Source of the DNA: Auanema rhodensis
Lineage: Eukaryota; Animalia; Nematoda
Length of the DNA stretch: 64,000 nt
Direction: 5' to 3'
NCBI GenBank assembly: GCA_964057225.1
Contig: OZ059898.1
Location: 15,066,001-15,130,000, forward strand
This document shows, piece by piece, positions 14,000-31,400 of the stretch. The notes under the pieces were generated by a model. That model searched no databases. It was not told the origin of the DNA and worked only from the letters and a program-made list of their open reading frames with translations. Position 1 is the first letter of the stretch; each line of letters starts with the position of its first letter. The position numbers were made by a program, and so were the translations under genes.

Positions 14000-14986
14000 T
14001 GTTGTAGTGTCCTACCCCGTGGACACAGAGATACACAGGAGAGAGAGGTATGATGTAAGGTTTATGTAGAGCGAGAGAAGCTTTACCTCACAATTCACGA
14101 AAGAAGACGGCACGAACGAGGACGGGCGAAATGATGAACCTCCTCTGACCGACAAAAGAATGGAAGGCATTTTTTCGGAAAAGTAATTTATTTATAAAAA
14201 ATTATTGTATTTATAAATGGTAGAAATTACTGAAGCTTCGAAAGCTGGAGCAGAAAAGTTCCAAAATCTTTCTTTAGGAGGATCTGCAAGACATTCACCT
14301 AGTGAAGGATTCGAAGAAGATCTAAAGAAAATGAAAGGAGATGAAGCTCTAATCTAGAGAAATCCGAAGTATGAAAAAGAAAGAAATGATTGATTTCATT
14401 ATGAAGTTTCAAGATTTGAGTTTTTAATTTGAAATTCATAAATCTGGAATTTTGATTTTTCTTTAAAAAAACTTTTCTATATAAAAGGAAGTTTTGACTC
14501 TTTCTAGAATTTGAAAAAGTAATATCTTTTTAGCTTTAGAAGAATTTAGAAGATGCTCAAGTGAAAAAGATGAAGGTGGATGAAATGAAGCAATTTATTA
14601 ATGATAATTCTCAAGAAAATCCATTACCATCTCCAGATGAGATTTTTCCTATGGATGATTTGATTTTTATGGGACAAGAAGATAGAGAGAATGCTAATTC
14701 AAGAGTAAGAAATTATAGAAGCAAGAACAACAAAGATTTCCTAGAAAATCCTTTTGAAATGATCGAAGAGAAAGGTATTGAATTTTACATGGATCTTGTA
14801 AAAAAGAGATTGACTTCTTTTCTCAAGAAGGAGCAAAATACTGTAGTCAACGACATTTACAAAAATACCAATGTTAGAATAATGCTATATTTAGAATGTG
14901 AAACAATGAAGCCTGATTCTACCGATGCATCAAAGTTTCATGTCAATACTAAAACTCAACTTTTACATTCTGGTGAAGAGAACTGA
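14000..14986 (+). pseudogene. Decayed intronless ORF block, possibly Maverick/Polinton-derived
   Basis: Tail of an ORF with an internal stop (..VVVSYPVDTEIHRRERYDVRFM*...RMEGIFSEK*), a ~30-nt AT spacer ending TATAAATG, then MVEITEASKAGAEKF... broken by stops and frameshifts, then the open 141-aa segment 14561-14986 ending NTNVRIMLYLECETMKPDSTDASKFHVNTKTQLLHSGEEN. Family assignment is from memory only. Confidence 0.45.
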
Positions 14987-15098
14987 ATTCTTGAATCCAC
15001 CCTTCCACTCTAGCCCAACGCATCGCGTCGCGTGCGCCTAGTTCATCTGGAGCAAATGTGTGATTGTGCTCGGTCACAGTGAGGAAGGGAAAAGAAGG

Positions 15099-15621
15099 TG
15101 AGGATGGGCGAAAAGGTGAGCTAGAACGGCAAGTCATTTGCCTTCTGTCTTTCATATCAACATGATCTATGGATAACATGAATTATAAAGAATTATTCTT
15201 TGAAATAGACTTCTGAGAACAGAAAAGGCAATTTGCTATCTAAATTATTCCAAAATTTCTTAAGTGTAGCTAATCAGATGGCCATATTTCAACTGTTCGA
15301 TACACCCACATGGCATCATGGTCGTCTCATCCCCTTCGTCGTCGTCGTCGTCGTCGTGGTTGTTGCAGTTGTCGTCGGTTTCATCAGAATATGATGAAAA
15401 AGAAGAATACAAAAGAGATGGACAAAGAAGGAGAAAGAATAAAAGCGTGAGAATGTGAGATGAGAGTAAGAGACAAATAGAATTTTCGAAAACGTTCAAA
15501 AACTGTATGTCATGAGGGCAACTGCTGTCCTGTAAATCATGGACTTTCTTAATTTTAATCTCTTAATCAGCTTAAAAGTGTAAAAATTGAGGATGGGCGA
15601 AAAGGTGCGCTAGAACGGCAA
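15099..15621 (+). repeat. 34-bp direct repeats (15099-15132 and 15588-15621) bracketing the right inverted arm
   Basis: TGAGGATGGGCGAAAAGGTG(A/C)GCTAGAACGGCAA; 33 of 34 positions identical. Confidence 0.95.
15140..15564 (-). repeat. Right arm of 425-bp inverted repeat
   Basis: Starts GCCTTCTGTCTTTC and ends GGACTTTCTTAATTTTAATCTCTT; no mismatch to the left arm noticed by eye. Confidence 0.97.
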
Positions 15622-16502
15622 AATACATATTATTAAAGCTTTTGGCTGGATTATGCTGTTTTTGAACTTTAATAGGAAATTTCACAGGAAAGCTTCAAGT
15701 TGATCGTCAATGTGTGTGTGTGTGTGAGTGTGTGTGCTCTGATAGACTTTCGATAAATTTCAAATTCTCTTTTTCAATTAATGACTCTCATCATGCTCAT
15801 TCGTTCTCCATATATCATCTAACTTTCATACTATTTCAAGCTGAAAATCAACCTTTTCACTAATAATACAAATTATTCTTTCAAATTTTTAAATTTATGA
15901 GCCAATAATGTGAACAATCTCACATCCTCATCCATCTCCTCTGTTCACAAACACTGTTCTGATTGAACGAGTTCAATTATTGAATAATGGTTTAGCTCTT
16001 TTCTTACTTTCTGCTATTTCCTTTTCTTTTTTCTTTTTTTTTTGTTGCAAAACATCATTCACTCATTCAAAAATGTTTTTTTTTGTTTCTTTTCACTTAC
16101 ATCATCCATCATACCTCAGATTTTCCTTATCTTCACTTTACTTTTTAAGCTTTTCCCTAACTTCATATACCTTATTACATATACAGATTATATCATAATA
16201 TGTTTTTCAAACAATCATTTTAAACTTCGAAATTCAATTTTAGTTCACAAAAATCTTGGCCACAATTGTTTTAAATTTCTTTTTTTTTTTTGGAGAAAAA
16301 ACACAGAAAGTAAAAAAAAAGAGAAAGTTAATGTTTACAAGAAGAGTGACGTCTTTAACACGTTTTTTCTAATTGGTTACTTAATAATATCAAATTATAG
16401 TATTCTTTCTATTTCATTAACTTTTCTTTTTATTCAACTCAAACTAGAATTTTTTTTCCAAATTTGAATATGAAATTGAAAAAAAACAAAAACTTTCCTA
16501 GC

Positions 16503-24750
<8,248 letters not shown>

Positions 24751-25553
24751 CAACAACATTCCTATTTTTATTTGAAAATCTCTATGTAATACGGATGATT
24801 ATGTGCATATTTGGACACAAAAATACAAATAGATCTAGATTTATGAGAATAAAATTTTTGTTTTAAACATCTTTTACATCAAATCCTTCCTGTATAATAT
24901 TTGAAATAATTTATTTCAAATAGAAATCTAATGACTTTCTATCAGTTCATTAATCGGATGGTTTGGATCAAACCTCACTTCTTCTGATCAGGCTATATGC
25001 AATCATCAAGCTTCTCTCCACATACAAGAATCTTCATCCACACAACATACAGTACATACCAATTTCTACAACAAATTTCCGAATAAAACCTTCTCAGCAT
25101 ACTTTTCAGCATACAGCATGTGATATATTCCAAGTTTTGTTCTGGAAAATATAAATATTCTTGAAATTACAAATCGGTTATCATAATCTATTTGAGCTTT
25201 GATCAAAGTATTTTCCTGGAATATAAAGATTATATATTTACTTTTCAATTTAATTGAAATATATACCAAATAATCAAAAACTTCATTTTCAAAAGCTCAA
25301 AAGCATTTCATTTGATACAAGTTTTTCATCAGAATACTTTGAGCTTAATTGAGTACAGCTTGATGTTCAACCTGAAATCCTCTGTTTATTTTTAAATTTC
25401 TAAAATAAAAATGAAAATCAATTAACAAGAATTATTTGAAAACATAAGGAGATATACATAAGAAATTCATAATTTGACCTCAATATTAGTTACAAAATCA
25501 TTTGTTGATTTGATTAGACATCTGAGACAGAACTTATTTTGTAAAAAATATGA

Positions 25554-25618
25554 AATTTTCTTGAATTTTCTTGAATTTTCTCGAATTTTCTTGAATTTTC
25601 TTGAATTTTCTTGAATTT
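25554..25618. repeat. 10-bp minisatellite (TTGAATTTTC) x ~6.5, forming a perfect heat-shock-element array
   Basis: TTC-tt-GAA-tt-TTC-tt-GAA-tt-TTC-tc-GAA...: 12 alternating nGAAn/nTTCn pentamers in register from 25558 to 25615. Confidence 0.9.
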
Positions 25619-25864
25619 ACAACATTTTTTGTTTATAAAAGATGTCTTTAATCAATTCTGTATTTGCGTCAGACATCATCATATACAATATGCTATTTTA
25701 GAGTTTATATACGAAGTATTTGAAAGGAAATTATTAAATTAAAAATATTTTTTTTATAAAATAAAGCAAAAAGTGAATGAAAAATAGATAATTCAATAGA
25801 TTTCCTTATTAAAATTAAGAATTCATTTAACAATGGACACCACCCACTAGTTAATAAACTTCTT

Positions 25865-25865
25865 C

Positions 25866-25936
<71 letters not shown>
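25865..25936 (+). repeat. (CAA)24 microsatellite
   Basis: Uninterrupted CAA run. Confidence 0.97.
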
Positions 25937-26330
25937 GTATGTATCTTTGTATACTTTAAAAGGAATCTGAATTCATAGTTAGAAGCTTAATTATTGTCTG
26001 AATATGAAGTTATACGATGTACTTACCTTTACATTCAGCCAATTACTAAGCTTTTTAGCCAGATACTGAGCTTTTCAGGCAGCCCATAGACAACAGTCTG
26101 ATAATCATAATGATGAGTTACTTCAGAAAAAGTGAAAAGTCAGGAATATTTCCAAATTAATCTTCAAAATTAATGTTTTTTCTTCTTTTTTAGTGATAGT
26201 TTCAGATTCTTTTTAATAACTTTTCTCATATATTTACCTAATTTCTTTATAATATTTCAATTTTGTAATATGAAATAATTTATTTGAAAAGCATATATAT
26301 CTACCTACATGTATGTATATCAACAGATTT

Positions 26331-27327
26331 TTATTCATTTTCTAGTTTTAGATGTTCTTTGTTACAACTTCTATTATTTACAAGACTCAAATATTTTTTC
26401 AAATTTTCATCACATAACTTGTATGTTACTTCAACTTCACCACATATCTCATTCAGAAATTGCTCCATATCATACACATTGAAGCTGCCAATATCATTTT
26501 GGCCATTTCTTAAGAATATCCTTTCAGCTATAGTCTGAAATTTTCTTTTATTTTCATTTGAAAAACTAATTTGAGATTTCTTACATAAGCAAGATCATCC
26601 ATATAATTGCCAGTCTCCTAATAGAAAATAATTAATTTCAATTATTATCATTATACTTACAGAGCTCATCAATTGAATTTCCGAAAACAAGTCATGTTCA
26701 TCAAAAACCAATGAATAATCTTCTTTAAATGCTTTCTAAACATTAGTTTTAATTCATTTAGTTAAAAAGATTTTCATGAAATTCAATGCTTACAACAAGA
26801 AATTGTTTTTTCGAAAGCCAATTCTTCTCTACTTTTAGATTTTTGTAACATTAGTTTAAGGTTTTAGACTTACATGTGCAGATTCTGTCTTGAAGTTCCT
26901 GTGGTTTTTGTCTTTTTCACAATGAATTTGCAAAAATAAATAATATGTTGCGTGATAAAGCAAATTCTTTATATCTTTCTAAATGATTTAAAAATAAAAA
27001 TAAATTAAATTTTTAAAAAATACATAAGTTAATAGTCTACGAAGAATATAGTTTGTGCTGCTATGTACATCAATTGGATTATAATCTTCAATTACAACAA
27101 AGAATTTCTTTGCAGCTAATTCTTCTTTTGTTCTATCTTTCTTGAGATGAAAAAGGAAAATACTAATTTGATTTTGAAATTCCTCAAAATCATTGCTTTC
27201 AACACATCGATGATATTGAATCTACAAGTATATTTTTTATTTTTAAAACTATTTATTTATATTTTCGAACCACTTTACTAAGTTTATCTTCAACTTGTGA
27301 AGTAGTTACTACAACAGCTTCCTGCAT
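26331..27327 (-). CDS. Unidentified small multi-exon gene or pseudogene
   Basis: ATG 27327 MQEAVVVTTSQVEDKLSK, then AG/GT-bounded pieces IQYHRCVESNDFEEFQNQISIFLFHLKKDRTKEELAAKKFFVVIEDYNPIDVH, RYKEFALSRNILLFLQIHCEKDK, KAFKEDYSLVFDEHDLFSEIQLMSS, ETGNYMDDLAY and RNGQNDIGSFNVYDMEQFLNEICGEVEVTYKLCDENLKKYL...LENE*. Some phases are ambiguous and I recognise no family. Confidence 0.5.
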
Positions 27328-28452
27328 GTTCAATTTGTTTCAAATAGTAGCTAAACCTAAAGTAAATGAATTTGGTATAAACTGATATCATTGCTAATTG
27401 AAAAATATTAATTGAAACTTTAAATTCAGAGTTCTAATTTTAAATTTCAATTGAATAAACAAACATAGAGACTTGCTTATGTCCTAATGAATTAAATAAT
27501 CATTAGAAAGGTCTTTGAAAGACAACTTTCTAATTGAAGTTCTAGACGAGTTTTTCGAGATTGAAATCTCGTTTACGAATAGTTTATACAAATCTAATTT
27601 TTGAAAAACAAACTTCTAAAAACCATTTAATCTTGTAAAAGAAAAACAAATGTTACATTTCTCTTGAAAAGTAATCTGAACATATTCTGAATACAGCAAA
27701 ATCAATTATCAAAGAAAGAAGACTTCTTATCTTATCGATATGCTTTTCGTTCAAAAAACTTATTTTCGAATGTTTGAATCTGAGTTATTTCCAAGAAATA
27801 CTTCATTTTCTCCACCCGTTATCAATCTGCGGCTAGAATGAATCATGTAACCTTAGCAAGTTATAATGATAAGCTTATAAAACTTTTATTTCAATAGATT
27901 TCTTCAAGGATGTCTGATTCTAATCGATAATTATACATTTTCTAAAACGTATATTTTTTTTGGAAACTATAATAAATAACGAAAAGAACAGTATATTATA
28001 ATTTCATAAGAACGCTGACAAGCACGTCCTTCAACCCAGTTGAGAATATGAGTTAGTAGTTGTCCTAAGATGTGCTACGAGCGATAATGAGAGATTATTA
28101 CGGGAAGTACAACAATCCCAAAATATATTAATAGAGCAGAATGAGAAATTACAATTATATACAAAGATAACCAGTGTGTCTCTAAACCCTAATCATGACA
28201 ACGTTTTGGAATCACAACAAACGAATAAAGTATATATCTCTAAGAGTTGAAGATAGATGGAATGATGAAATGTGGTAAATACAGGCATTACCGGAACCAC
28301 AAAAAAATGTAGAGACATATGGCAAAAACACAATGAAGATACATTCAATAAGAAACATGGACAAGAACTGAGGCAGAAGATTTATCACCACAATACCCGA
28401 GTTTTGGAGGGGTAATCTTCTAGTTAAGACTAACTGCTACGGTAACCAAAGG

Positions 28453-31400
28453 TTAAATGACTACCTGAAAGTAAAACAGGTTTAAATGCTCCATTAAATA
28501 TTAATACGAAACAATATATTGTTTTATTAACAACAGGATAACTGAACTCACTTTCGTTTTTTGGTCGCGATGACTTTCTGCATGGACTAGCAACTGCTCT
28601 TGTGTTGTGAAGCCAGCATCACAAACCTGAAAATAATCATTTCAGAACATTTTAATCCTTCGGCATCAATGTTATAAACAGAGTAATAATAACAGCAAAT
28701 TACCTCACAAACATTGGCCCTAACGGGAACGTGAGCGAACCAATGATTCTGAAGCGAATTGGCGTCTGGGAACACCTTCTGACACAGGCTGCAAGGTAGA
28801 CGAAGTTCCTCCTGCGGCCGATCATCCGTGGTTGACATTGGTCTCGGCACGTCAATTCTGAAAAAAATTATTATGTCAAAACTAACGATTTAGAATGCAA
28901 CCACTCTGTGAGCGTGGGAAGAAGTTTTCGAATCCCCACAGAATTCCTCTCAATACATTTCACGCAAACACACAAGAAGTGAAATTCTTACTTACGTTAA
29001 TGGACTTTGACACGTACTATCAGTAGCATCTGACATTGGCGAATTGCGAGCATCGCATTCCTCGACACGTCCACTAACCGTTAGTGAGGTCGATGAAGAC
29101 ATGTTGTCATCTTCTCGACTATCTGCAGGAAATATCAGTTTATAATTAGGAAAAATCGAATATGTAGTACCAGATGACATTTCTGCTTTATAGTGAGCCG
29201 TTATATGTATCCGAAGACAATCTTTGCTTGGATAAACTTTATCGCAACCTTTTTTGGGGCATTTGAAATACGTACCATCTTTCACCGTTATATGATCTGT
29301 ATCCAAATGAACCTAAAAACACAATATTCTAGAAAATGCTGATGTTTCAAGCGCAAACCTGTAGTTCAATACTAGTCTCATAGCTAACATCACAAAATGT
29401 ACACCGAGATCCACTGGAGGGAGAATAAAAGCCGTTCGAGGAATCATTCACTACTAAGAGCGGGGAGGAGGAGCTATTCTCCTGAAAGAAAAAAGTCATC
29501 TCGGGCGTCCATGCGTATGCAGCTCTGACCAGTTTGGCATCAGCTATCGTGTTATCCACCACATCGGGGCCAGATTTATTGGCACTGGAAATAATTGCGG
29601 CATTGCGATCCAAACTCTACAAACGAACAGATGACAGGAAAAGAGGAGAGAAGCGTGCAAGATGCGGAAAAGGTACAACGGTGAAACACTAACTAAGGTG
29701 TAACCAAATCACAAATAAGTTCTTACCGATTCTACTGTCTTGGGTGGAACCCATACATTAGCAGATATGACTTTAGAGATGGGCAATGAGGAGATGTGCA
29801 TTGCGGCTTCAGATCTAAATAACGTCATATGAATTAATGACCTATATTTGGTATATACTTTTTACGAACGTCGAGTTCGGAGTTGTTTATATATCCAGGA
29901 TCCGTGTTATTCTTATATCCTGTAGCTTGTTCATTAACCGGAGAGCTAGAAGTCTTAAGCAAAGATAATAATGGGAATGGACAGCAATGAACGTACCATA
30001 GAATTTGCAGTTGCGGCCGAGGATGGAATGGGAGAAGCAACTAGCATTTCTCGGCACTCTAGACTATTTGAAACGCTAGAAGGTGATATTTGAGCCAAGG
30101 CAGTAGGAACCCCCGAAGAATTTGGTTGAACTTCCTGCCGAAGTTTATCAAGAATAACTGAAATGGAAAATTGGAAAATAAAATACAGGAAGCTAACATA
30201 CCAAGTAAACTGCTCAATGCTTTATCACAGTCAGTGGTGTTTACATCATTCAAAATATTTCCATTGTCTTTTCTGGTTATCAAAGACAAGGCGTCTGGCG
30301 GCAATTTTTTTAATGCTTCAAGCTTTAAAACATGAGTCTTTGACCTTAATAAGAAGAGAAAATAAAAAATATTGCAAAAGATCATCGTGTACCTCAAATG
30401 CTTAGCTAATATGCCATGTTTACGGAACCCGATATCACAATCTGTACATAAGAAAGAACGAGGATTGTCTGAGATCGAAGCTGATCCTCCGCCAAGAACT
30501 GACTGTGTTGAAGCGCTAGGATCAACGCTAGGAGTAACGCTGTCATCTATCTGTAATTGCCGAAATTAAAACATATATAGCCAACATTAGGGGCTGGTTT
30601 GAGAACAAGAGGAGTTTTGTAATACAAGAGCAATCGTGGCCAAAATTTGATGGAACTCACGAACCAAAAAAAAACATGTAGATTATCAGTCAATGCAACA
30701 CAGAAAGACATCACCTAATGACAGCGACAGGACGAAAGCAGTTACAAGACGGATATTTCAATAGAATATAATATACGAACTCAGTTAGGCACATATACGG
30801 AGAGAGCACTGTAAGAAGGTTCGAGAAATGATGGGCATAGGCTTCAGGCTCTTCAGACATACAAAGAAAAAAAATATAGTAATACTCACATGACTACCGT
30901 GCGAACTTTCCACGTGCTTTGCTAGTAGCGCTTTGGTCCGAAGAGGTAAACGACATTCAGGGCACTAGAAAGAAAAATCCTTGTAGACTCTGAATAAAAC
31001 AACACAAAATCTACCTGAAACATGCGACTTTTTGTAGTATGCTTCTCAATGTTATGAGTCATCTGATGATAGGACAATTCGGACTGTTTGCGGAAACTTT
31101 TGTCACACGTATTACATTTCAAAGATTCCTGAAGAATCACAGTCACAGTAAGGAAACAAAAACAAAACAGGTAACGAATTAATGAAATAGCTAACTTCGA
31201 GCACACAACAAACAATTCTAAAAAAAAGAAAAATTCGACAAACCTTACCTCTTTGGATAGAAATGAATTGAACAAGTTATTGGTTTGATTTCCAAAGCGT
31301 AGAGGAACATTTGTAGAAATGGAAGTCACAGGAGGCAAGGACGAGGCGGATGTTGTTGCAAACAGCATTTGTGATACAAATGGAGCTGTAATAAAGTAGA

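Larger units (their letters stand above)
13109..15564. mobile_element. Composite foldback-like element or inverted duplication: 425-bp inverted arms around a 1.6 kb chimeric core
   Basis: 13109-13533 is the reverse complement of 15140-15564; the ORF track gives identical 79-aa ORFs at 13174+ and 15260-. No target-site duplication or transposase was seen, so the mobile-element label is tentative. Confidence 0.5.
24930..26100 (-). pseudogene. Exon-like fragments of a second unidentified, possibly decayed gene
   Basis: Splice-bounded pieces near 26100-26027 (donor GTAAGT), 25371-25318, 25215-25171 (ENTLIKAQIDYDNRF) and 25142-24930. I could not build a single stop-free frame. Confidence 0.25.

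Noticed and set aside
25554-25936. Tandem repeats as a CRISPR-like array
   Set aside because: No spacers and a eukaryotic context; these are simple mini- and microsatellites.
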